A stretch of DNA of 63,331 nt, the filler included, from Folioceros fuciformis (lineage: Eukaryota): NCBI GenBank assembly GCA_049999805.1. It is 9 parts of 9 records of this genome, joined end to end, with 100 filler letters (N's around TTAATTAATTAA, not from the genome) between each part and the next. Parts side by side here need not be neighbours in the genome. Positions count along the whole stretch, not along the records: positions 22,603 to 41,512 come from JBNGIO010005810.1; positions 41,613 to 45,063 come from JBNGIO010005815.1; positions 45,164 to 55,474 come from JBNGIO010005816.1; 6 more parts are not named here. One strand, written 5' to 3'. A program made the position numbers and the translations under genes. Below the pieces are notes generated by a model. That model was not told where the DNA came from, searched no databases, and worked only from the letters and a program-made list of their open reading frames with translations. Of this stretch, positions 38,583 through 49,685 are shown in pieces; the first letter of the stretch is position 1, and each line of letters opens with the position of its first letter.

Positions 38583-41500
38583 GACAGTTGACTTGCAGAT
38601 ACACACCACAGCAGAATGGTGTTGCAGAGAGGAAGAATAGGGTAGTTATGGAAACAGCAAGGGCAATGCTGAATGAGAAGTGCTTACCTAATGATCATTG
38701 GGCAGAAGCAGTGATGACAGCAGTGTATGTACTGAATCAAACTCCTACGGTAGGAATTCATGATGCTACACCAATTGAGAGATTGTATGGCTATAAGCAG
38801 GATATTAGGCACTTGAAAGTGTTTGGGTGCATTGCATATGTGCATGTACCTGATGAGAAGCGTAGGAAGCTGGATCCTAAAGCAGAGAAGAGTGTTTTTC
38901 TGGGGTATGCACGAAATAGGAAGGCATATAAGTGTTATGTGCCATCCACACATGAGATCCTGATAAGCAGGGATGTAGTATTTGATGAGTCAGCCTCCTG
39001 GTATAGCAACTCTATTGCACTACCCTATGACGAACCCACAGGGGAGAGTACTGTTAAGAGTAGTCCAGCAAAGAGTGAGGATGTGACCAATGGTGGATCA
39101 CCAACGGTGAATCCATGGTCTGGAAGACTGCGGAATGGTAAACCCAAGACCACTGAGCCAGACATGTCAGTGAGGGGGAGAGTACAAAGCAGCAAAACTG
39201 GAAATGAGGGATATGAATCCTCAAGTAGTGAGAGCATTGACAATGAGTTTTGCATTCAGTCTGTGGAAACGCCAAGTGCTAAGGAGCATCGATATTCAAG
39301 GCAGGTTCAAACTGAACCAAGACCAAGGAGATCTGAGAGGGTTCGGAAACCCATTGGCAGGTACACCTATACAAGCTACAATGCGCAACATTATGCATAT
39401 ATGACAAGGGTCACAGCTTGTAAGGAGCCAACCAAGTTTGCTGAGGCAGTGACAGATGATAAGTGGTGTCAAGCCATCGATGAAGAATACTCAGCATTAG
39501 TTGAGAATGGAACATGGGATTTGGTTCAATTGCCTGATGGCAAGGTTCCTATTGGTTCTAAGTGGGTGTACAAGTTGAAGTTCAAGTTAGATGGAACGCT
39601 GGAGCGTTACAAGGCCAGGTTCGTTGCAAAGGGATATGCACAACAGTATGGTCTTGATTATGAGGAAACCTTTAGTCCAGTAGCCAAGATGACAACGGTA
39701 AAGACAGTCATAGCATTAGCAGCAGCTAAACGATGAAAGTTATGGCAAATGGATGTCAAGAATGCTTTCTTGAATGGTGAGTTGCAGGACGAAGTGTACG
39801 TGGAACAGCCTGAAGGCTATGTTCATCCTAAGTTTCCAACGTACGTATGCAAACTGAAGAAGGCATTGTATGGACTCAAACAGGCACCTAGAGCATGAAA
39901 TGCTCGTATCACAAGCTATTTGAAGGAGCGAGGGTTTGTGATTGGAGACGCAGATCACAGTCTGTTTGTAAAGCAGACCAAGGTAGGACAAGTGTGTCTT
40001 GTCGTTTATGTTGACGACCTGATTATCACAGGAGATGATGCAGATGGTATTGCAGATGTCAAGGCAAATCTACAAAAAGAGTTCAAGGTGAAGGATCTTG
40101 GTGAACTCAGATACTTCTTAGGAATTGAGTTTGTGTCTACACCTCAAGGAATCTAGCTATTGCAAAAACAATATGCTAAGGATATGCTGCAGAAGTATGG
40201 CATGGCAGATTGCAAAGCGATGGATACACCATTGGAGCAAAACGTCAAGCTGCAAATGGATGTAGGAACATGAGTGACAACATGAGTAGCATGAGGTTGG
40301 CTACTAATCTTGTGTTTCAGGCTCGTTCGAAGCATATAGAAGTACATCATCATTTCATCAGGGAAGTGGTATTATCTGAGAAGATAGATCTTCGGTACGT
40401 GAAGATCGAAGACCCGGTAGAAGATATCTTTACTAAGTCGCTAGATAGAGATAAGTTCTTACTCTTTCGTGAACTACTTGGAGTGTTACAAATAGTTTGA
40501 GCTTGAGGGGGAGTGTTAGAAATCAAGCTCTAATTGAATTGTTATTAAGAGCATACAATACTTAGGATAGTGTAGATTATCCCATATTGAACTCGTAGTT
40601 ATCTACCACCTAAGTGTTATCAGGATATACCAGAATATACCAGGATATTGCACCCTCGAGACTAAGGCTTACCTTATCGGGGGTTGCCCTGTCTGAAGGC
40701 TATATATGTAGCATCCTGTGCACCATAAGGAATGAACTGTGGAGTCCATCTAAGCCTATGGTGCTATTTCAACAGGATAGCCTTCTCGGCTCACGGCCCT
40801 GCAGTCTGTCACCTTGGAAACCCCTTAGGGTTTATCGAGGTACCCCAGCCACCCAACTAGCATGCAAGAAAGGTCAGCTCTTGCGGATCTGGCCACCCAG
40901 ATCTCAGCAATTTTGGGAGCCGCCACATTCCCGTAGTGGTATAGGGAATGAGGGCCAAGGTGCATGTGCACACTGGATTAACCCTCTAACCCAGCAGCCT
41001 ACACACAAGGTCAAGGGAGTTGTGGAGGCAAAACCCCGGGCACTGATTGCCGACGGGTCCCACCTTTAGTGGCCACACTTATCCCACTGTCGTTGAGACA
41101 TTGGGTTTCGTTCCCACGAAGGAGCGATGGGGTTCCTTGCTGCTGTGGATGGAGGGTCGGACTTGATCGACTCGATGACGGATTCGAGGGCTCCCCACCA
41201 GCTCCGATCAGGCGTAGGACAGGCCTCGCTGTCCGGCGGTCAGCTGCACCTCTCTCGGTGCCCACAAACTCACTCCAGTCACTACCACGACTCTAACCTC
41301 TCAGATCTGCGTCTTCCTTCACTCACTTCACTCACTCTCTCGCTCCAGCACCAACACCAGCAACTACTAGCAACCAGCAACGACACCACTAGCTTGTATA
41401 CTTCCCTACGGACTCCTCCTACCCGGCAAGAGTCACTAGACTAACCCCAAACAAAAGGAAGAAGGGAACACACTCCCCTCTTGGGTATCTCCTCCCCACA

Positions 41501-41743
41501 ACCTTACCAGACNNNNNNNNNNNNNNNNNNNNNNNNNNNNNNNNNNNNNNNNNNNNTTAATTAATTAANNNNNNNNNNNNNNNNNNNNNNNNNNNNNNNN
41601 NNNNNNNNNNNNTGTGGGCTTGGTGGAATTGGTTGTGAGCGGTTTCTTGGTGGGACGGAATTGGTTCATCCCACCAGCTGTAGGATTGGTTGCGCACACT
41701 ATGGTGCATAGCAAGTGCTCTGATACGGTGGGTGGTTGAAAAG

Positions 41744-42197
41744 GTATTGTAGATCAGAAGAGACGAAACCCCTTTGGCCAAGACGGGACCAACAGCCTGC
41801 TGATATCGACATCTCGCCTTGTGGTAGCTGCGGTGGCCCTCGCGTATTCGAGTTTCAGGTAGGGTGTGGATAGAAAGCAAAGAGGTGTGCAGCAATCAAT
41901 TCTGTTGGCAGCTGACATGGACCCTGCGTTTGCTAAAGCTGTGCACGTTGTCGATGTCGACACATTCATTCGTCCGTTCGTTCACTGAATCCTTCACTTT
42001 TTCCTTCACTCATCCTGCAGATTCTACCGCAGCTGCTCTACTTTCTGCAAGTGGAGAACGAAGCCAAGTCGCTGGACTGGGCAACCATCGCCGTGTACAC
42101 GTGTGCGGCGTCCTGCGACATCGGAGCCGCTCCAGCTGTTGCACAGGGCTACAAGGAAGAATTTGCGTGGGTGCAGTTAGAGAGCTACGGAGCTTGA
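41744..42197 (+). CDS. PDCD2: Programmed cell death protein 2 (PDCD2), last two coding exons (41744-41858, 42021-42197); 5' part outside this scaffold
   Basis: YCR...KPLWP...ISPCGSCGGPRVFEFQ|ILPQLLYFL...SLDWATIAVYTCAASC...GYKEEFAWVQ; phase-0 GT-AG intron; missed by the ORF track. Confidence 0.9.
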
Positions 42198-43345
42198 TGG
42201 GCTGGTATGGGGCTGGGTTTTGATGTGCCTTCCCGTCCCGTGCCGGGCTGTGCCGTGCTGGCCTCCGTCGCTTCCATCACAGTCGCTGTACTGGGGGAGA
42301 GGCTCCCCCTCCTTGCAGTGGTGGTTACGCTACGCTTCCCGTGTTGTACATACGGCAGAAACGCCGTTGTAATCAGAAACCAGAAACCAGGAAGCACAGG
42401 GAATAGAGTCCGTCTGGTCATTTGTGTGTGATGCATCACGCGTGCGACCGTGGGTCACGCGGGTCCCATCCGGCCCAACTGTCGGCCCCAGGACTGGTTC
42501 CTGTAAGTCAGCCCACAGCCCCACTTGGTCCGATCATGCACGCTGAGAATCAGCAGTAGTATGTATGTTTGTATGGAGGTATCAGTACGTGGCTGCACCT
42601 GGACAGATAACAAGGGTCACCAGGTAGTGCCTGGGATGTCAGCATCCGGGTGCAGACGTTTTGTTCAAGGAAGGTACAAGAGCATAGAAGAAGACGGAGG
42701 TGGGACTCGCTCGGTCCGGGGTAGCAGAAGATTCAACACATTGGCACAGCACAGCACTGCCCTGTTCTGTCCTGTCCTGCCCTGCCCAGTAGACTGTGGA
42801 AATTTGGTGTGTCTGCATCTCCGCTCTCCAGGATGGCTCCCTGGATCGCCACCTTTTGTGCCCATCCCGATCTCCCTCCTGGAAGCATTGTTGTAGCTCA
42901 CGACAAAGGAATGCTCGCTGTTGCCTACCCACTGGCCGGCTGGTGAGTCCGCCCCATCCTGGACTGTGGACTGGCCTGGACTGGGATGCACTGGAGTCCT
43001 GCACTCAGCACGCAGCTGTAGCTGGGCCAGCCTCGTGGAATGGAACTCGCAAAGGTCCTGCTCATCACGACGTGCAAGTAGAGCCCCCACACACGTATAT
43101 GGCATGTCCAGCACCACTGCTCACCATTCCGTTTTGTGGTCTCTGCGTGTGGGGACTCTTGACCCATAAGTCGTCACCAGGCCAGGCCCACACGCATGCA
43201 ACCTTGCTCGACACGCACGCAGGCAGTCATAGCCAGGCCCAGCACGCAAACACCCATCACATATTCCTTCCTTCCGTCGCTAGACTACCTTCTTCTCCCA
43301 CTCTACACACATATCGCCATGCATCCTATGGCCATACCATACCTC

Positions 43346-43389
43346 GGGCTGGGGCAGGGGCTGGGGCAGGGGCTGGGGCTGGGGCAGGG
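43346..43389 (+). repeat. (GGGGCW)n hexamer microsatellite, potential G-quadruplex
   Basis: GGGCTGGGGCAGGGGCTGGGGCAGGGGCTGGGGCTGGGGCAGGG. Confidence 0.8.
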
Positions 43390-45231
43390 CCAGGCAAGGC
43401 CCGAGCCCAGCCGAGCTGGAGTTGAAGACCGTTTATCTCATGTCCATGCTCCCTTGCCTTCCCTTGGCTTGGTCTTGCCTTGCCGTAACCCTTCTGCGGG
43501 GTGGCCAGGCACGTGGGACTAAGCCGGAGCACGTGACAGGAATCGTGGGCAATAGGGTTTATTGTAGGTGGTAATGGGTTTCATCAGTCACGCTGATCAT
43601 GAGAGACCATGGCAGAAGGGGCTGCTGTCCGCTGTCCTTCCAGGGAAGGCAAGCTGGCAGGCGTGAGAAGGGGGGGGCAAGCGTGGCGCCAGCTACGTCC
43701 GACGTGGCTGCACTCGATGGCCGCCACTTGATGTCGCGCATGTGGCCCGCGCCGAGGGGGCCAGGCAGAGCAGGGCAGGGCAGGGCAGATAAGGTTATGT
43801 ACGTACCTGGTCTAACCAACGGGCCACACATTAGCCCCCGGATACGTTAACCCCAGTGGAAGCCTGCATTCCAGCCTGGCATGGGTTTTCGTGCACACTC
43901 CACAAGGCCATGTGGCATGTGCCAGCATGCCAACATGCCAGCCTGGTTCAGACAGCATCTCTCGACGCTTCCTCGCTTCCATATTTACATATGTAGACTC
44001 CATGGAGCGAAGACGGTAATTCCTTAGCCGGGCACCGAGTGGATGAATGGATATTCTATTTTCATATTCATATCTAAATCCGGGGGGGAACGCATGACCT
44101 GAAAAGAAAGAGGACAGAGTGGGAGTCTGCGGGAATCGAGCTCCGGTCGCCTCCGCCCTCGACGTTGCTCTTTACCGCTCGACCTACGCACTATGAAATA
44201 TCCAATATGAAATCCGCTTTCCTCCTGTAGAGTAGGGATTCCACTGAAGATATGTTCACGGGAACGTGGAGGAAGATAGCTGTGCCTTGACGGGGTCGTT
44301 GATGAGTATCAAGCAATATAGAAAGGGACTGATTGCTTCCTCCTCCCTCGGCTGAGCGAGCGAGCCAGCCAGCTACAGGAGAAGAATTGGTCACGCTGTT
44401 TTGTGAACGTTGAACGTTGTAGGTGCATGCATACATGTCCCGCGTAGCCGTGTCGCTCGATCGGGGGGTGTTGGCTGGAGAAACTGGCCAGGCTCATTAA
44501 TAATAGTATAATAGCCGTTTCGTCCCGCGAGTGAGGGAGGTGTGTCTCTGCTGTCCTGCCCCCGCTCTGTTCCGTCCTGCGGATCCCTGCCATGTCCAGC
44601 CCAGCATATAGAGAGAGGAGAGAGAGTTTGGAAGCGGGACTGGGACTCTCTGGGAGCCAGACAGCGAGCCAGCCAGCTCGCGGCTGCCTCCTGCCTGTGT
44701 CCCCTGCTTCTTCTGGCCTTGGTGCCTCTCCCACGCCTCGTCCACCGGGCGGCTCCAGGCCCGGACGCCGCCGCCGCATCCGCCAACCCGCTTGCGGCTT
44801 CCTCCGTCTGCCGTCCATCCCACCTTCCCCCTCTCTTCTATGCTCCATTGCTGCTTCGCCACGCGGTGGTGCTTTGTTTGACTGGGCTACGCAGGCAGGA
44901 CAGAATAGAAACACAAGAGAATACATGACAGCGGAACACAACAGGCTGCTTGCATATTTGCTTCGCTTGATTGGAGCAAGACTTTCATCGCAAAACAAGA
45001 GCGAGCAGCGGACTGGACAGGAGTCGCTCCCAGGGGCCTTGTTGTTGCAGCGGCAGATCAATTNNNNNNNNNNNNNNNNNNNNNNNNNNNNNNNNNNNNN
45101 NNNNNNNTTAATTAATTAANNNNNNNNNNNNNNNNNNNNNNNNNNNNNNNNNNNNNNNNNNNNAGGCATAACTGGCCCTGACCACACGCTCCTCACGCTA
45201 GCCAGCCAGGCATGTGCAGAGAATGGAGTGG

Positions 45232-45660
45232 TTAAGACCAGTATAGCTTTCCCGTGAGTGAGCTTTGGTACACAGGACACTGCACTCTCTGCATTTGGGT
45301 GACCTTGCGAATCACTCTTGTTAGAATGCTCGACACATCTTCGGTACGAGAGTGGTCAATGATGGCTTTCATGAAAGCTACGATGAAGTTTGTGCCTTCC
45401 TCCACATCTCTGAAGGATAAATCTCCAGGACTGATAGAGAAGACGATGAGAAAATCTTTCGCCTGATACAAGGGTCGTATTCTCTTGCTGAGACCCTGGC
45501 TTCCCTGAACGTCTGACCCCTCGGCTGTGCTGGTGGTGGCAACGTAGGCGGGGCCCGACCCCTGTGCTTTCATGCTTCTCACCACACTGCCAGTGCCTCG
45601 ACAAGCATTTATGACAACCACCTTAGGCTTGTTTGCCAAATACTGGCATTCAGCGATGGG
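45232..45660 (-). pseudogene. Animal-type caspase (peptidase C14A-like) C-terminal half: catalytic-Cys strand plus p10 region; out of frame with the upstream ROCO ORF
   Basis: CQYLANKPKVVVINACRG (Cys codon 45603-45601) resembles CPSLAGKPKLFFIQACRG; KDFLIVFSISPGDLSFRDVEEGTNFI...ILTRVIRKV...QCPVYQSSLTGKLYW resembles a caspase p10. Confidence 0.82.
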
Positions 45661-48484
45661 CACCACCTTTCCAGTACAACTGTCGTTTCCCTTGAAGAGC
45701 TTTACCTTCGGCGTCATCCAAGGTGAAGGGAACAAAGAATCCAGGCCTTCGATTCGCATCATCTTGATAGCACAAGTATAGTCTCTTCATCAATAACACC
45801 AGATGTTGAATGCGAATCCCGTGCACTTGCGTGTCTTGGAGGATCCGGGCCAAGGTTCCATAGAGCAAAGTTTCAGCAACAAACCTATCATTGAATCTTC
45901 CCAAGGGAGGCGATTCAGTTAGAAGGTGAATGAGGCGGCCCAGGAACGAATGACTGATCCAGTGTGGATTTACCACCACAGCATCTGCATCTTGGAACCA
46001 GATGACCCTGCCTGCATTGTGCAGATAGGCAAGAGTAGCTTGAAGGCGTTGCTCGTCACCTTCATCAACGCTTTGCTCATAATCTTCATCAACCCATTGC
46101 TCATCATCTTCTTCAACGCTTCGCTCATCATCTTCTTCAACGCTTTGCTCATCATCTTCGTCAACACTTTGCTCATCATCTTCTTCAACGCTTTGCTCAT
46201 CTTCTTCTTCAACGCTTTGCTCATCATCATCTTCAACGCTTTCCTCATCATCTACGTTAAACAACTTTTTGCATCGCTCCTTGGTCACGATAGGCTTCGC
46301 TGGATTTCGAGATACCCACTGAGTCAAAACAACATTCAATCGGTTGCATGCCTCGGGGACCCAAAACAGAGGAAGTGCAAAGAGCTGTCGAAACGATTGG
46401 AATAGTTCCTCCAGCAAGGGGTGCACGGTGTGCGTAGATCGAGCATCCATGAAGAGTAGAGGCGTTGCCATGACATGAAGTACCTCCTCGAAAGCCTTGG
46501 CCAACTCGTCCACAACTGGTTGCAACAGATCTACTAGTAGTTTAGCATGCAGACCCTCCATCCGATCCTTATGAGTAACAACCACAAATACTCGAGGCAA
46601 GCAAGCACCCATGTTGCGAGAATTAGAGTGGATGAATCTAAGCCAAAACTTGAAGCTGTTCGTGAACTTGTCCAACAGCATTTCAGTGGACGGGAGGGGT
46701 CCACCAGGCTTGCGGGCATCAAATGGGTTGAACATAAACAAGAAGACACATGTCTGGTTGAAGCTCGGAAACAAGTAGTCTTGCAGAGCTCGGTAGTGAG
46801 CTTGTCCAGCCAGATCCCAAATGGTAACTTTCATCTCGTCGTCGTTGCGCAGCACCTCGATTTCTATGCCTTCCGTTCTGGGGACAGAACCCACCTGGTT
46901 GGATGATGCGGTTCCTGTGAGTGGATGGTTGGATGATGCGGTTCCTGTGAGTGGAACATTACCAAACCAGGAACCATTCCAAGCTAGAGACAGTTGTTCC
47001 CACAATAGGACTCGCTTGGCTGATGCGGCTCCTGCACAATGTGATGCGTGTGGTTGCGATGCGCGCCATGCGGCGATCATGGTGTTTCGGAGAGTGGTCT
47101 TCCCTGCGTAAGGAGCACCGCACAGGAAAAGGCGCCCGACCCTGGGCTTCACAGCCTGTTGCCCCTCCAACAGCAGAGGCCAGTAGGCCCTGTGAGTAAC
47201 ATTGCGTGCCAACGTCGCGTTGATGATGGCCTGCTTTCCCTCGCTCCCCCAGTCTGTGCTCTGGATGTCGATCTTCTGTAAAGTGGTGTTGCCTTGGAGG
47301 GACTGCATCAGCTCTCTGAAGACCTCATCGTTGAGTCCCTCGCAAAACACAAAGCGGAGCTCATTCAAAGATGTATTTTCCTTCAAAGACTGCACCAACG
47401 CTTTCATGAAAGAGGGCCACTTTAACCGTCTCAAAGTCAGGGTACGTAATGCTTTGCATTCCAGAAACGACATCGAAAATTCACTTAACGACTCGTCATC
47501 GTCATATTGGAACAAGTCAAGATTGGAGAGGGTGGAGTTGTGGCGCCAAGCATCCAGGTCGAACTTGACAGCAAAATGGTTGATGATCAGCTCCGTGATA
47601 CAATCGTTGGTGCCCAACATTCCGGCCAGCGCGTCGGCCAGGCCTGGCTCCTCGCTGTTCCCGAAATCCAACCTCCGGCTGGTGACCCCAGATATGGGGG
47701 CATCAGCATCAGCACGGGTGAAAGCAAGTTTGCACACAGTGCTCATGGGCCCCAGGTTGCCCTGTACGGAACCCCTAACTGCATTACGCCCACCCGGATA
47801 TTCATCATCCAACTGAAGCTCCCGGAGCGAGGCACAGAGCGGCAGAGCGTTTGCAATACACTGGGCTCCCTCCTCATCCATGCCGATAGCTCGCAGATGC
47901 AGGGTATGGAGACGGGGAGCGGTGGCCAGCATGCGAGCCAGGTGCTGTGCCCCTTCACCATCTCCCACTCTGTTCCGGACTAGGCTCAAATACTCCAGGA
48001 CGGAATCCTGGTTGAAGCCATCGACCAGGGCACCAAGTCCAGCGGCATCAAGCCCAATCCTCCATGCGTCCAGCTGTCGCAAGCTGCGACTGGAAGCAAT
48101 AATCTGGCCCAGGGCCTTGCAACCCGCCAGCCTTCCAAAACCAGTACACCAATTCAGAACAAGAGATTTCAGGGAAGGGTTGGATGCCAGGGCCCCCAAC
48201 AGAACCCCGCATTCATCCTCCCGAGCGATGCCGATTCCCCACTCTTCATCTATCTCCAGGCGGCAGCGGAGACTGCGGCACTGGCCAATAGCTGTTAATA
48301 CCCGAGTGCGCACTCGCCAGTGCCTGCCATCCGTGCTCGTTGAAACTCCCCGTCTGAAGAAATCGCCGTACTCCCTTCCGTGCAAGTCGGGGAGTTGGGT
48401 CAAGGAGTGCCCTTCCAGATCTTCCAGCAGCTGCTGCAGCTTAGCCGGCAACTCGCGCCAGTCATAGTCCTCTTGCTCCGCCAT
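45650..48484 (-). CDS. Intronless LRR-ROC-COR (ROCO, TORNADO1-like) protein, 944 aa, COR truncated
   Basis: RNI-like LRRs (LEYLSLVRNRVGDGEGAQHLARML); ROC G1 GAPYAGKTT, G2 RTEGIE, G3 WDLAGQ, G4 THKD; COR-like YLHNAGRVIWF...VVNPHW, FFVPFTL. Confidence 0.88.
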   Translation of the reverse strand: MAEQEDYDWRELPAKLQQLLEDLEGHSLTQLPDLHGREYGDFFRRGVSTSTDGRHWRVRTRVLTAIGQCRSLRCRLEIDEEWGIGIAREDECGVLLGALASNPSLKSLVLNWCTGFGRLAGCKALGQIIASSRSLRQLDAWRIGLDAAGLGALVDGFNQDSVLEYLSLVRNRVGDGEGAQHLARMLATAPRLHTLHLRAIGMDEEGAQCIANALPLCASLRELQLDDEYPGGRNAVRGSVQGNLGPMSTVCKLAFTRADADAPISGVTSRRLDFGNSEEPGLADALAGMLGTNDCITELIINHFAVKFDLDAWRHNSTLSNLDLFQYDDDESLSEFSMSFLECKALRTLTLRRLKWPSFMKALVQSLKENTSLNELRFVFCEGLNDEVFRELMQSLQGNTTLQKIDIQSTDWGSEGKQAIINATLARNVTHRAYWPLLLEGQQAVKPRVGRLFLCGAPYAGKTTLRNTMIAAWRASQPHASHCAGAASAKRVLLWEQLSLAWNGSWFGNVPLTGTASSNHPLTGTASSNQVGSVPRTEGIEIEVLRNDDEMKVTIWDLAGQAHYRALQDYLFPSFNQTCVFLFMFNPFDARKPGGPLPSTEMLLDKFTNSFKFWLRFIHSNSRNMGACLPRVFVVVTHKDRMEGLHAKLLVDLLQPVVDELAKAFEEVLHVMATPLLFMDARSTHTVHPLLEELFQSFRQLFALPLFWVPEACNRLNVVLTQWVSRNPAKPIVTKERCKKLFNVDDEESVEDDDEQSVEEEDEQSVEEDDEQSVDEDDEQSVEEDDERSVEEDDEQWVDEDYEQSVDEGDEQRLQATLAYLHNAGRVIWFQDADAVVVNPHWISHSFLGRLIHLLTESPPLGRFNDRFVAETLLYGTLARILQDTQVHGIRIQHLVLLMKRLYLCYQDDANRRPGFFVPFTLDDAEGKALQGKRQLYWKGGAHR
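46050..46255 (-). repeat. In-frame 24-bp repeat encoding (EEDDEQSV)x~8-9 within COR
   Basis: Repeated CAACGCTTTGCTCATCATCTTCTT. Confidence 0.93.
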
Positions 48485-48569
48485 GCTGTGCTAAGCTGCG
48501 CTTCCCGATGCAAGCAAATATGATGAACGGATTGTGTGGATCACCCGTTTCGTAGCAGGGGCAGGAACC

Positions 48570-48870
48570 TCACAGCACACACTCGAGGACTGCGTCACCA
48601 GACAAGGACAGGCTACGGGACAGCCACCTCACGAGCACACACTCGAGGAGGATTGGGAGACCAGACAAGGATAGGCCAGCGGCCAGCAACCTCCCAAGAA
48701 GACACTCGAGGAGGATTGGCACACCACACAAGGATAGGCTAGGGGACGGGGAAATCAAACTCACAGCAAACACACTTGAGGAAGATCCCGATTGGAACAC
48801 CAGACACGGGTAGGCCAGGGGACGACAAACTCACAGCACACACACTGGGTGAGGATTGGGACACCATACA
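48570..48870. repeat. Degenerate ~60-70-bp repeats just upstream of the ROCO start
   Basis: CACACTCGAGGA(GG)ATTGG...CCAGACAAGGA repeated ~5 times. Confidence 0.75.
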
Positions 48871-49685
48871 AGGTCTTTTGAATCTCCGAGGTTGTGTGGT
48901 AGCCGGCACGAGAGCTGACAAGTCTCCCTCACTCTCCCTCCACTCATCACTAGTGGATATTCCTCCTCCATATTTGCGCGCAGTATTTTATCAACCACAC
49001 CTAAGTGTTGTGGACTCATTGGGCCAGCCAGCGTCGTGGACACGAAAGGCTAAACTTTTCTAAAGCTGCGACTTCCAACCCCCTTCGAATTCTCTCCCCC
49101 CTACCCGTACTTGTCACAACACGACATGTCTCTTGCTCCACTGCTGCTTGCACGAAAGATGCCTTCCTTAACATGGAAGGCAGGTACAGCAGGTTTGTGA
49201 GCAGTGGGACCCAGCACCTGAGCTCAGCTCAGCTAGGTTCTAGCCCAGTCATCGTTATCCCTTCCTTTGGACTCATCAGGGGGAAACGCGGTTTGTCCGG
49301 ACCAAGCGCGTTGAATGAGAATGCCCATAAAATGCGGTTTGTCCGGACCAAGCGCGTTGAATGAGAATGCCCTTATGGGTTGGGTTCCTTCAAGTCGGCC
49401 ATTATACTGTCTCTTGAATATACATATCATATCGTATCATATCATGAGTACTTAACACAACTTATACCATAGGGACTTAATACTTAACACAACTTGTACC
49501 ATAGGATACCGATCTACTTGCTGCAAAAGGCATGCTTCATTTCTTGAGTGTAGGATGCTTAATTCCATCTTCCCTTTGTCTAAGAACCCATATTGAGTGC
49601 AAGATTAAGGTTTATGCACTCAAAATTTGTACCTAGATGGGGTGCCTAAGGAAATTCCTGTGCACTAAGCCATTTCAATTTCAAC

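Larger units (their letters stand above)
31010..40774 (+). mobile_element. Ty1/copia element: 5' LTR split (31010-31158 and 36292-36393), PBS 36394-36405, gag-pol ~36906-40500, 3' LTR 40514-40774
   Basis: Both LTRs TGTTAGAAATCAAGC...TTTCAACA; TGGTGTCAGAGC; WYIDSGASNHM, HSDVWGP, YVDDL; deletions at ~38560 and ~40270; no clear TSD. Confidence 0.93.
30460..41512 (-). repeat. Long gypsy LTR copy (pieces 30460-31009 and 40775-41512) split by a nested copia
   Basis: 30460 onward (TGTGGAGTGG...CCCAAGGGAGTGAACTAGTG) resembles 31159 onward; resumes at 40775 as GGATAGCC...CTCACGG, like 31694. Confidence 0.75.

Noticed and set aside
42200-45063. Numerous overlapping ORFs
   Set aside because: No recognisable domains; GC-rich UTR, intergenic or promoter-like sequence
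45815-45835. HG dipeptide (QVHGI) as the caspase catalytic His
   Set aside because: It lies in the COR region of the ROCO frame, with no caspase beta-strand context
41613-48484. Apparent cell-death cluster (PDCD2 next to ROCO-caspase)
   Set aside because: The two lie on different scaffolds separated by an artificial linker at 45064-45163
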